Position numbers and translations under genes: made by a program. This document shows positions 55,965 through 64,000 of a DNA stretch of 64,000 bases, one piece after another. This DNA is from an uncultured virus (IMG/VR IMGVR_UViG_3300038465_000034). Its lineage: Duplodnaviria > Heunggongvirae > Uroviricota > Caudoviricetes. The stretch lies in IMG/VR virus record IMGVR_UViG_3300038465_000034; one strand, written 5' to 3'. The notes below the pieces were generated by a model, which was given only the letters and a program-made list of their open reading frames with translations, searched no databases and was not told the origin of the DNA. Position 1 is the stretch's first letter. The number at the start of each line of letters is the position of its first letter.

Positions 55965-56987
55965 TCATTTACTGATTCCATTATACTCAACTGCCTTTCG
56001 CATCCAGTGTTGATCTGTCTGCACATGCTTCGCACGGACGTATTTCCCAACAACATAGGGAAATTCCACCATGCTAAACGCTCTCGCGGGCCGAACGACT
56101 AGCCCTTCCTGCGTCTCGGGATTAAGCTGCTTGCACAACTCTTGGCACAGATCGTCGCTGTACTCGCCCCAATAGATCAGGGGCACTGTGTTGAGCCCGA
56201 GTAGGGCGCACCATTCCATTGTCTCACTCCATGACAAGCAGGTCAAGCCTTTCCAGATGTTGAAGACCATGAAGTACGACGGGAGGTTCTCGTACCGAAT
56301 GGAATGCACTGCCGTGAGATTCTCGCCGCAGATGCGGTAGTTCTCGGGAATTTCGTAGCCAACCTCGGCGTGGATCGCTTTGATATGGGTGCGTGATTCG
56401 TGCGGCTCGAATTCCATGGAGCGGGCGTGCAGTCCGTTGTGGTAAAACGTGGTGCCCTCACCGTCCATCTTCTCAGTTATGACGACTTCCCGCCCATCCC
56501 ATCCCTCAGTGCTTGGCAACTGACGGTCATCATTTTGGAGCCCCGGTGACCACAGGAAGTGGTATGTCCGGGGGTATTTGACTCGTTCGGTGAAGAGATG
56601 GAGGACGGGCTTGAGGATTTTCTGAACACCCTCTTCCTCAAAAAGTTCACCACGCATTCGACGACCGTCAGGAAGGATTGCGTTCCCCCACTTGTCGTAC
56701 TCTTGGTCTGCAAAGAAGTGGGGCGGTAGAACGACTGTTGTGATGCCAGCCCTTTCTCGCAAATGACTACATCTGATGAGCGTAGCTTCTGCCGCAAGAT
56801 GACATTCCGAGCAGAGGCACGCCCCATTGTCCAAAAAATATCCGCCATCTGGAAATAACCTCCGTTCAATGATGTGGTGGGCGTCTACGCCGGGACGCCC
56901 GCAGTTGACACACTTCCCTTTATCGCGATGGAACACCCCATCACGGAAGAGTTGTCGTGTTGAACCGCTCCAACTTAAGTCACTCAT
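55965..56987 (-). CDS. HNH domain fused to an ATP-dependent RNA ligase
   Basis: RDKGKCVNC..DAHHII..NGACLCSECH, then KYPRTYH, TEKMDGE, GEN, FNIW, EGLVVR and KYVR. GAGGGGAG RBS. Confidence 0.85.
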   Translation of the reverse strand: MSDLSWSGSTRQLFRDGVFHRDKGKCVNCGRPGVDAHHIIERRLFPDGGYFLDNGACLCSECHLAAEATLIRCSHLRERAGITTVVLPPHFFADQEYDKWGNAILPDGRRMRGELFEEEGVQKILKPVLHLFTERVKYPRTYHFLWSPGLQNDDRQLPSTEGWDGREVVITEKMDGEGTTFYHNGLHARSMEFEPHESRTHIKAIHAEVGYEIPENYRICGENLTAVHSIRYENLPSYFMVFNIWKGLTCLSWSETMEWCALLGLNTVPLIYWGEYSDDLCQELCKQLNPETQEGLVVRPARAFSMVEFPYVVGKYVRAKHVQTDQHWMRKAVEYNGISK

Positions 56988-57346
56988 GCTCTCCCCTCTA
57001 AAATCATTTGGCGTGCCGTCCGTAGCTCGGACTCTTGGTTTGCCATCTCCCACCACTTGAGGAATCCCTCCACCCCGCCGCCCCTTCTCCACGTCAGACG
57101 CTTCAAGGTCGGGAAGAATTTGTAATACTTGAACGGCTCCGTCTGGTGGATGATCCAATTACAGGGCGGCTTCTTTGTGAAGTCTCTGGGCGTCAGCTTG
57201 CGCCCCAACCGTTTCGCCAAGCACGGGATGCAGACGTTCTCACGATACGTGAGCCCCGCTTTCTTCCACACGCTATCCTTCGCCATGTAGACGTAAAACG
57301 GATAGTGCTCGATGTTCGGCGAACAATCCTGACAGCCCCAGCCCAT
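56984..57346 (-). CDS. Hypothetical Zn-binding protein
   Basis: CQDC..YM..DSVW..CIPCLAKRLGRKL..DF. Confidence 0.6.
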   Translation of the reverse strand: MGWGCQDCSPNIEHYPFYVYMAKDSVWKKAGLTYRENVCIPCLAKRLGRKLTPRDFTKKPPCNWIIHQTEPFKYYKFFPTLKRLTWRRGGGVEGFLKWWEMANQESELRTARQMILEGRA

Positions 57347-57883
57347 TTATCCCCCGTGCCCCACGGCAGCGTAGGAAGCCATGGGAGGCGGCTGCCAGCC
57401 GATGTCTTCGTACCAGACGTAACCTTGTTGCCGTTTGAGGACGACTTCCTCGCGTAACCCGACCACTTTGGGGTGTGACAAACGGATAGCCGTGTAGAAA
57501 TCTCCGCCGTTTCTACGGATATGCAACCCCCGTTTCGCAATAATGAGCGGGAATGGAGCGATTTCGACGTACTGCCGTGCTGTCCAGTCGATTAGGAAGT
57601 GCTTTGCTCCCACGATGCAGTGCCAATCAGCCCGCTGTTTGCCTCCCTCGTTCAGACCTTCTTTGTAAATCTTCGGGCAGAGCCCGATGCTCGGCTTGGT
57701 CTCGAATTCGAACATGTGGAGGCCGAGGCGTTGGGTCAGGCCCATGTCGGTCTGATGGACGAATTTCAAGAACTCACCAGAAGCGTCACAGCACTGGTAT
57801 AGGGCTCCAGCCTGCGTGCTGTACTCGCTGTATTCCAGCTTGAACTGCTCAATGAGTGCTTTGAGTTCTTTCGAGATCAGCAT
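57347..57883 (-). CDS. Hypothetical protein, possible papain/transglutaminase-like fold
   Basis: QCCDAS..WHCIV..IDWTARQY gives a Cys-His-Asp order. Confidence 0.5.
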   Translation of the reverse strand: MLISKELKALIEQFKLEYSEYSTQAGALYQCCDASGEFLKFVHQTDMGLTQRLGLHMFEFETKPSIGLCPKIYKEGLNEGGKQRADWHCIVGAKHFLIDWTARQYVEIAPFPLIIAKRGLHIRRNGGDFYTAIRLSHPKVVGLREEVVLKRQQGYVWYEDIGWQPPPMASYAAVGHGG

Positions 57884-57894
57884 CACTTCCTCCG

Positions 57895-58359
57895 TTAGGC
57901 GTGTGCCGCCTTGATTTTTCGTTCGTACAGGTACGCGGAACCTACGATTTGTGACCGATTCGAGCGGTCGCCCCAATGGTACGGCTGATCGCCCCACGCA
58001 ATCAATGGTATCTTACGGTCCATGCAAATGTCCAGTAGTGTGTGGTTCATCCGCGTGTATAGGTAGCCGTCATGGGTCACTATGCCGGGTGACCGTTCAA
58101 TCTCGCCGACCGAAAGATCGATACCGAAGATATGGAGAGCGATGACCGCTTCGACATCCCGATAGCGAAGCAGGGCCTTGATTCCGTCCCCCTTCTTGGG
58201 GAGGGTGGACATGTCGTAAATGTCCATGTCTTCGGTCTTGAGGCGAGCCGCCAAAACCTCGTAGCCCGCACGCTTACCGAGCCACTCGGCGATGTATTTC
58301 AAGGCAAGAGCGTCATCATCGCTGCCCGTCTGCCGCCCGATACAGATGATTCGGCTCAT
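57895..58359 (-). CDS. Hypothetical protein
   Basis: 154-aa ORF with RBS. Confidence 0.6.
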   Translation of the reverse strand: MSRIICIGRQTGSDDDALALKYIAEWLGKRAGYEVLAARLKTEDMDIYDMSTLPKKGDGIKALLRYRDVEAVIALHIFGIDLSVGEIERSPGIVTHDGYLYTRMNHTLLDICMDRKIPLIAWGDQPYHWGDRSNRSQIVGSAYLYERKIKAAHA

Positions 58360-58360
58360 G

Positions 58361-58780
58361 CTAATCCCCCTCTTTGAACATGCCCAACCAGACTTTCTTG
58401 TCCGCCTTCTCGTGCAGGTTGTTCCAGTCCTGCGAAAGCTTGTGAGTCTTCTTCGGGAAATGTTTCTTTTGAATCTGCTTCACCCATTCTGCCGCCAGCA
58501 CCATGTTGTCGAACTTCTTGTCGAACTGCCGACCGCGAGCCTTCTCATCGTCCCAACACTCTTGCCAGCACTTCTCCTCGGTGTTCCAGATGCCGTTCCA
58601 GTCTTCTTTAATTGTGACGTAGTAGTGCCGCCCGATGCCCCAGAAGCCCATGACAGTGACTTCCACGGGTCGCTTGCCTCTGTGCTTGTCGTACCAGCGC
58701 ACCCACGGCTTCGGGATTTCTTTCAGCTTCCCGCCGTGCATGATACGGGTGCCGCCACTCGGGACCGTGTATTTCTTCAT
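58361..58780 (-). CDS. Hypothetical protein
   Basis: ATGA coupling. Confidence 0.6.
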   Translation of the reverse strand: MKKYTVPSGGTRIMHGGKLKEIPKPWVRWYDKHRGKRPVEVTVMGFWGIGRHYYVTIKEDWNGIWNTEEKCWQECWDDEKARGRQFDKKFDNMVLAAEWVKQIQKKHFPKKTHKLSQDWNNLHEKADKKVWLGMFKEGD

Positions 58781-59037
58781 TCGTATAGGTCCGCTTCCCA
58801 CGCCTTGTCCCGGGCGTCTTCTTTCGCCTGCTCACGTTCGCACAGTAGGCAAACAATGTGCTTACCGCCGTCATCGGTGTAAGTATAGCGTTCCAAATGC
58901 CCGCAGGGGGCCTTTGAGGTATCGAGGGACTGGTAGAACTCGATGGTCTCCAACAGGTCGTTGACGGTGAACTGTGCACCGCTCACCCATCTCATATCGC
59001 CGTCGATTTGAGCGACTTGTTTCGGGCTCAAAATCAT
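58777..59037 (-). CDS. Hypothetical protein
   Basis: ATGA coupling; CGH..CLLC. Confidence 0.55.
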   Translation of the reverse strand: MILSPKQVAQIDGDMRWVSGAQFTVNDLLETIEFYQSLDTSKAPCGHLERYTYTDDGGKHIVCLLCEREQAKEDARDKAWEADLYE

Positions 59038-59504
59038 ACTTCCACCACCGTCACTGTTGGGTAGTAGACTTTGATCGGCTTTTTGGGGAAGAGCTTTTTC
59101 AACGCGGCCTTGAATTCGCCTCGTTTCGACACTTCGGGGTTATTCATGATGTGCAGGATAGCGCGATCCTCGCACTCGATCACCCAAGTGTCTCGGTCGC
59201 CGTTTACGCCCCAGATGCGTTCGGCGTCCTTAGGCAACCCGTCGAAGTCATTGTAGTCGCGCTCGTGCAGGCGGATGTCGGTGTATGCCGCCAACCTATC
59301 CCGCCATGGCTTGGCGTACAGGCGTGACGCCTTTGCCTTGTACCCGGGCTGTAGGCGGCTTTCGGCGACACGTCCCACGTGTTTGCCGTTCAGGTAGAAC
59401 TCCCAATAGTACGTGTTGCTGTACGCGGGGATCACACCTGAACAGCGATCAGCACGTAGGCTGACGATCTTGTTGTGTCCGTCGCGGTATTTAATTGTGA
59501 CCAT
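59034..59504 (-). CDS. Hypothetical protein
   Basis: ATG at 59504, packed in the gene run. Confidence 0.55.
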   Translation of the reverse strand: MVTIKYRDGHNKIVSLRADRCSGVIPAYSNTYYWEFYLNGKHVGRVAESRLQPGYKAKASRLYAKPWRDRLAAYTDIRLHERDYNDFDGLPKDAERIWGVNGDRDTWVIECEDRAILHIMNNPEVSKRGEFKAALKKLFPKKPIKVYYPTVTVVEV

Positions 59505-59859
59505 CTCCGAACCCCCAATTGTTTTTGATGCATATCCGACACCCCAGATCGTTGTGGCGGTTGCAATGCTGGTGCTCGCGTTCATCGTCGATAGGATCGC
59601 CGTCGCTCTGCTCGTATTTTTCCAACATCTTGACGAATTCCGTCCTGTCGCCGTTCATGTAGAAATCATACCATTGTTCGAGGATACGGTCCTGCGCCAA
59701 TTCCGCGTACCCCGCGAGCCTGATGACGTTGCGGAACCGCTCCCGCAGCGATTGGTCGGGGTTGGGCGGAATGGGCGTCCAGTCCGTGCAGTCGTCCACC
59801 TTCTGATGGGGTTCGCGACCGTGAAAGCCTTCGACCTTGCAAATTCCTCGACTACTCAT
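59491..59859 (-). CDS. Hypothetical protein
   Basis: 122-aa ORF packed between neighbours. Confidence 0.55.
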   Translation of the reverse strand: MSSRGICKVEGFHGREPHQKVDDCTDWTPIPPNPDQSLRERFRNVIRLAGYAELAQDRILEQWYDFYMNGDRTEFVKMLEKYEQSDGDPIDDEREHQHCNRHNDLGCRICIKNNWGFGDGHN

Positions 59860-60607
59860 AGCAGTCTACTTTGTGTTGATGGTTTTGAGTACAGTTCAAT
59901 CGTGATACACCCCTCTCCGCTAACTCCAGCCCCCGCTTGAACGTGCTCTCAGGCAGACTCGCCTGCACCGTGGCGATACCAATGTCGCGGAGCCGCTGTT
60001 GCGTGATGCCCTCGAATTCGATCAGGGCCTCGCTCATCTTGTTCTCCATCGTCTCGTCGAAGCACTTCTCGACGTAGGGCAGGTTGCTGTTGATCGCCAT
60101 GACAGCGTGCTCCAGCCCTTCGATCAAGACCTTCTGCTCGCCCTTGTTCAGAGTTTTGTTCCCGGGCAGGTTACTTTCCTTGAGCGTCTTGAGCAGTTCT
60201 TTCAGGGTCTCCGCAGCCTTGCCGACCGTCTTCTTGATCTCGTCGCGGAACTCGCTGGTGAAATGCGTCGGCTCAGGCGTCTTCTCAAGCTGCCGTCCGT
60301 CGATAGAGCGGAGCGTGCAGGGTGTACCCGTGCCGTCGCCGAATGAACTCACGAAGCGAGCCCACTGAGCCTCGGTCATGAAAAGGTCGCAGACAGGCAT
60401 TCGACTTGAAGACGAGACCCAATCGTGCGACAGGGTGCGATGCATCTCGGCGTGTCTGATCTCGACACGGACGAAGTGTTGATGCTCGGCGTCGGAGCCG
60501 AACAGATAGCCCCGCCCGCTGCATCGGCTGACGGTAACAGCACCGTAGGACTCGTGCTCGTAGACCTTGCCGTCCTCAATGTGCGATTTCTTGGTCGTCG
60601 ATTCCAT
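59852..60607 (-). CDS. Phage hypothetical protein
   Basis: 251 aa; HESYG..LFGSD..MTEAQWARFVSS..PCT. Confidence 0.7.
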   Translation of the reverse strand: MESTTKKSHIEDGKVYEHESYGAVTVSRCSGRGYLFGSDAEHQHFVRVEIRHAEMHRTLSHDWVSSSSRMPVCDLFMTEAQWARFVSSFGDGTGTPCTLRSIDGRQLEKTPEPTHFTSEFRDEIKKTVGKAAETLKELLKTLKESNLPGNKTLNKGEQKVLIEGLEHAVMAINSNLPYVEKCFDETMENKMSEALIEFEGITQQRLRDIGIATVQASLPESTFKRGLELAERGVSRLNCTQNHQHKVDCYE

Positions 60608-61107
60608 TAGACCACCACCTTTCTAGCATCGGCGTCTTCGATGGCGAGTATGCCCTCGGTTTGGATTTTGGCACCAGCTTTGCCGATCACAAACTGACTA
60701 ACTAAAACGCGAACGTAGCTCACTACGTCGCCAGCCTGCCCGAAGGCAAAATGAGCGCAGCGGGAATTCTCGGGACGTTGGCTGTTCGTCATTGGCGGGT
60801 TGTGGTAGTCGCGCTTGCCGAGCCAATCGATCACGCAAATGTTGTCGCAAGAACCGTGCTGTGTGATGGTGAAGTACAGGACGGGCTCTTCGACTTTGGC
60901 GAAGCTCTTGACCACGAATACGAAGCCGTAAGCACCGCCGTCAAAGTTATAGAACGGATACGTAAAGACATCGAAATTTTTCGCGGCCTTTTCGAAGTCG
61001 TCGTAGTCCGCTCTCGTGAAGCCGAGGCAAAAATCGCCCTCGCCAAGGATGGTCAGGATGCCCCAGATTTGGGCGGGAATGCCGAGATTTCTGTCTCCGA
61101 GTTTCAT
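60607..61107 (-). CDS. Hypothetical protein
   Basis: GAGGAG RBS before ATG 61107. Confidence 0.6.
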   Translation of the reverse strand: MKLGDRNLGIPAQIWGILTILGEGDFCLGFTRADYDDFEKAAKNFDVFTYPFYNFDGGAYGFVFVVKSFAKVEEPVLYFTITQHGSCDNICVIDWLGKRDYHNPPMTNSQRPENSRCAHFAFGQAGDVVSYVRVLVSQFVIGKAGAKIQTEGILAIEDADARKVVV

Positions 61108-61373
61108 ATTTTTATCTCCTCGATTTCTTCCATTATACCGTAAAAATTGTCGTGCTTCATGCCGATTACCTTCACGCCCTCGCCAAGCTGGAGCAGGTGC
61201 AGCACTGTGCCGCCCTTCACAATCTTGGTTTCGCCTTCTTTGTCGCACACCGTGCCGCTGATGAACTTGATGTCACCCTTCGTGACGATCTTCGGCTGTT
61301 CGAGGTACACCGCCTTCTTGTTGGACGGATGCAGTACCTTGACATACGGAAATTTGATCTCCTCAGTCAGCAT
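61104..61373 (-). CDS. Hypothetical protein
   Basis: 89 aa, coupled to neighbours. Confidence 0.6.
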   Translation of the reverse strand: MLTEEIKFPYVKVLHPSNKKAVYLEQPKIVTKGDIKFISGTVCDKEGETKIVKGGTVLHLLQLGEGVKVIGMKHDNFYGIMEEIEEIKI

Positions 61374-61590
61374 CGTTTAGCTCCAGTTCAGCCACGGCAC
61401 ACTTGAACTCTTCATTGTCCATCAGTGTCGTCAGGTCGCCTTCATGCCGATCCGTCGTGCACAATTTGCGGAACTCGGGCTTGTACGCCTCGGCACCCTC
61501 TGCCGTGCGGAACAATCGCTTCGAGGCCATCGTCCACACCCCATCGACCCACGAACGCCGCCCGCTCACCCTGAGTTGAAACAGTTTCAC
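61363..61590 (-). CDS. Hypothetical protein
   Basis: GTGA coupling. Confidence 0.5.
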   Translation of the reverse strand: MKLFQLRVSGRRSWVDGVWTMASKRLFRTAEGAEAYKPEFRKLCTTDRHEGDLTTLMDNEEFKCAVAELELNDAD

Positions 61591-61931
61591 AGCGTCTCCC
61601 GTAATTGCTCGATGTAGAGTTTCGAGTCCCGCAGCGAGGCACTTGTCAACTCCCGTGCACGCTTGATGGCATTGATGAACTGGTCGCCGGGGAATGGCTC
61701 CTCGCCGCGTATCTTGCCCCGCAGGATATTCTTCAACTCAGTGACGTACTTTCGCGGCAGGGTGTCCAGAGTGAATTCTGGGATGTCCCTCTGCAATCGG
61801 TACGAGGCTTGGCCTCGCTCGAAGGCGTCATGTTGAGCCGCCTGAAACTTCTCAATCAGACTGTCGCCGAAGCTCTGCGACATCCACCGTTGCCCACGCA
61901 CGAATTCACAAAACTCGTCATGATGGTTCAT
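61587..61931 (-). CDS. Protein with a C-terminal ribosomal L7/L12-CTD-like motif
   Basis: FINAIKRARELTSASLRDSKLYIE resembles the bL12 pattern KI.AIK.VRELTGLGLKEAK.LVE. Confidence 0.55.
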   Translation of the reverse strand: MNHHDEFCEFVRGQRWMSQSFGDSLIEKFQAAQHDAFERGQASYRLQRDIPEFTLDTLPRKYVTELKNILRGKIRGEEPFPGDQFINAIKRARELTSASLRDSKLYIEQLRETL

Positions 61932-62350
61932 TTGACCCTCGTAAGGTTTTCGCCGTCCCATTCAAAGCGGATGGCGGATTTCGTATCCCAGAGCCTCGGG
62001 CTCTCCAGCGTAACGCCGTCAGGCTTCACGTAAACGACGCTCTCGCCGTCCACGTTCCACCAGCACTTGATGTCCTGATCGCAGTACCGCTTGCGGTTCT
62101 TGTCGTGATGCCGATCTTCTTCCTTGTACCACGGCTGCACCAGAGCGTTGATCGCCGTCTTAAGCTTCCGAGGGAAGGCGTCCCGCTTCGATGGCTTGCA
62201 GCGGATGACGAAGAAGTTCGCACCCTTCTCGGGCTCGGTGAACGTGCCGTAGACGCTGAACGCCATGTAGTCGCCGTCTTCGCGCTCTTCCATGCGCCCG
62301 ATGCGCCCATCGCGAACTTTCGGGTACAGAATGAGAAATGACTTTTTCAT
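61928..62350 (-). CDS. Hypothetical protein
   Basis: ATGA coupling on both sides. Confidence 0.6.
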   Translation of the reverse strand: MKKSFLILYPKVRDGRIGRMEEREDGDYMAFSVYGTFTEPEKGANFFVIRCKPSKRDAFPRKLKTAINALVQPWYKEEDRHHDKNRKRYCDQDIKCWWNVDGESVVYVKPDGVTLESPRLWDTKSAIRFEWDGENLTRVK

Positions 62351-63144
62351 AATCTGAAATCCTTATTGACCACGATCTGGCTGAGCAAGCACTTCGCGGG
62401 CAGCTTGTCGGTACGGACCCGCTGTATCGAAATCTCCATGATGTGCAGGTTCGCAGTGCCCTTGTTGTATTTCACTTCCACGATATCGCCCTTCCTCACA
62501 GGAGGTTTGCCGATGATCGATGCCCCGCAAATCTCGTGCAGGATACCATGGTCGTCGTAGCACGCGAGGCGCACGCTATTTTTGTGTTTCTTGCTCGGCC
62601 CTACGACAATGGCCTCCAGCGTCTTCCAAAACTTCACTTTCTTGTGATTTCCAGATGTACCCTCGACATACGCCGCCGTCATGTCCCGCACGATCACGCC
62701 CTCGGCCCCCTCTTCAAGCAACTGGATCACCAGTTGAGCCTTCGCTTCATGCGTGCGGGCGGTGTACACGGGAGCGATCAGCTTGCTGTACCCGTCGAAC
62801 TCCTGATGGTAACGGGCTTCGCGGTGCTCGTAAGAATCCGCTCCACAAATTTCGTCGCCCAGAACCAGAGCATCGAATAGCTTGAGTGTCTTGTTGCCAA
62901 CCAGTTCGCCTGCGATGATGAATTGGGGGAGGGGGTGCTTCAAGAGAGCGGCGATTAGATCGCTTGGTAGACCCTTGGCAGGGTCGCCGTTGCGATTGAA
63001 ATCGTGGATGCCGTTCGAATCCTTGCAGATTGTGCGATACTCGCCGTTAAACTTTTCTTGGTAGCCCCAACGCGGGTCGGGGCAATAGCGAGTTAGGACC
63101 GCTTTGTCTACTTCGACTGGTAGGTCTGCAAGAATCTTAGCCAT
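62347..63144 (-). CDS. Minimal ATP-dependent DNA ligase
   Basis: QEKFNGE (KxNG), GELV, LFDAL, EGVIVR, KVKF and a short OB fold. GGAGGGG RBS and GGGTATAAT upstream. Confidence 0.85.
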   Translation of the reverse strand: MAKILADLPVEVDKAVLTRYCPDPRWGYQEKFNGEYRTICKDSNGIHDFNRNGDPAKGLPSDLIAALLKHPLPQFIIAGELVGNKTLKLFDALVLGDEICGADSYEHREARYHQEFDGYSKLIAPVYTARTHEAKAQLVIQLLEEGAEGVIVRDMTAAYVEGTSGNHKKVKFWKTLEAIVVGPSKKHKNSVRLACYDDHGILHEICGASIIGKPPVRKGDIVEVKYNKGTANLHIMEISIQRVRTDKLPAKCLLSQIVVNKDFRL

Positions 63145-63212
63145 TTCCCCTCCCAATGTCATTATACCCAAATCGGAAGAGAAAACGATAGGATTTATGC
63201 CTTTGTTTCCAA

Positions 63213-63527
63213 CTACTTGGAAGCCGTTTTTGCTCGTTCTTTCTCCAACGCTGTCATGCAGCCCTTGCAGTTGTCGGGGCTCTTGTCGTTGCCCTGCTCG
63301 AACTCGCTGCCGAACGTCATCCACCGCTTGCAGAGCGACCGTCCGCCTCGGAAGTAATGCCACTTGGGTGAGTTGTAGAGGTAGGTCCAGCCCTCGGTCG
63401 GCGGGGCGAGCGTAGGCTTCGGAAGCAAACGCGCAGGGGTCTCGTGCGTTGGGCCTGCGTAACCCTCGTCGTCTTTGACTTCGTTCATAGTCGCCAGCCT
63501 CCAGCCAATTTCGTTGTCTAAGCCCAT
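63213..63527 (-). CDS. Hypothetical protein
   Basis: GAGGAG upstream; KWHYF..SLC..CKGC. Confidence 0.55.
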   Translation of the reverse strand: MGLDNEIGWRLATMNEVKDDEGYAGPTHETPARLLPKPTLAPPTEGWTYLYNSPKWHYFRGGRSLCKRWMTFGSEFEQGNDKSPDNCKGCMTALEKERAKTASK

Positions 63528-63627
63528 ATCTTTGCAAACTCCTCGGGCGTCCAGCCCACCTGATCTTGGAAGTCACAGTCGATGACACGGTGGTTCAACG
63601 GATCAGCGGGAAACAGGAAATATGGGT

Positions 63628-63885
63628 TCATGGCTTACCTACCAGTTCGTAGTTTCGTTGCATCAACCACTCCCCGAATGACATCACGGGTCGAATCGAT
63701 TCGAACAGGATTGTGGCCTTGGCGAAGTCGATGGTCTTCTTCACATTCTGAAGATAGATCACCAGCTTCTCGATCTTCACGTTGGCTTGGCACCCGTCGC
63801 AATGGAACCTCCCATCGACGTAGCGTGCCTGTGGCGTGCCACAGAGAGGGCAGGGGTTCTTACCCACCGTAGACCTCTCGCACAA
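63628..63885 (-). CDS. Possible Zn-ribbon protein
   Basis: CPLC..CDGC. Confidence 0.4.
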   Translation of the reverse strand: MCERSTVGKNPCPLCGTPQARYVDGRFHCDGCQANVKIEKLVIYLQNVKKTIDFAKATILFESIRPVMSFGEWLMQRNYELVGKP

Positions 63886-64000
63886 TGGCTGCCAGTGTGG
63901 TGACGATCTCTTCCTTGATGTCGCGGTCGCAGCCTTCCAGTTCGTTGCCGACCCCGCGACGGTCGCCCAGATCGGCCAGAATTGCCAACGCCGTCGTTTC

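Noticed and set aside
1..64000. Stop-codon reassignment, as in some large phages
   Set aside because: Long ORFs, including 15.7 kb, are intact in code 11, and TAG, TGA and TAA all end well-packed genes.
1..64000. CRISPR array, tRNA or rRNA genes
   Set aside because: I saw no regularly spaced repeats or cloverleaf/T-loop signatures by eye. tRNAscan would be needed to exclude tRNAs formally.

Overview
This window looks like a 64-kb segment of a large (jumbo-type) tailed phage genome in the standard genetic code. Evidence: a terminase large subunit, tail-fibre-like proteins, a sigma-like factor, DNA and RNA ligases, dense short hypothetical genes, and no host housekeeping operons. Genes run mostly on + up to 46374 and mostly on - after it. 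The main feature is a ~5,250-aa ORF (30637-46374) built from about 30 small enzyme-like modules: about 17 ADP-ribosyltransferase (ART)-fold domains, a 2H phosphoesterase, a GIY-YIG-like domain, 3 ParB/Srx-like domains, 2 GNATs, a Nudix and a C-terminal Cys/His papain-like domain. Almost every module is bounded by a short K-x-A/G-[A/S/G] linker, most often KTAA or KTAS. The same linker occurs in the upstream pyrophosphatase-RelA/SpoT fusion and in the two large ORFs before terL, and a JAB metalloprotease gene sits immediately upstream. I infer a proteolytically processed, probably virion-packaged effector polyprotein system. Other notable items: a tetraheme cytochrome c with OmcE-like (nanowire) architecture in its own promoter/terminator cassette; two fibre-like proteins with DUF3494 ice-binding-like domains; a recurrent candidate late-promoter motif; and host-mimic domains (RNAP alpha-CTD, L7/L12-CTD, SET, Clp D2-only ATPase). 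All domain calls come from motif recognition by eye. No database searches were run, and several starts were moved from the ORF track to better ATGs.
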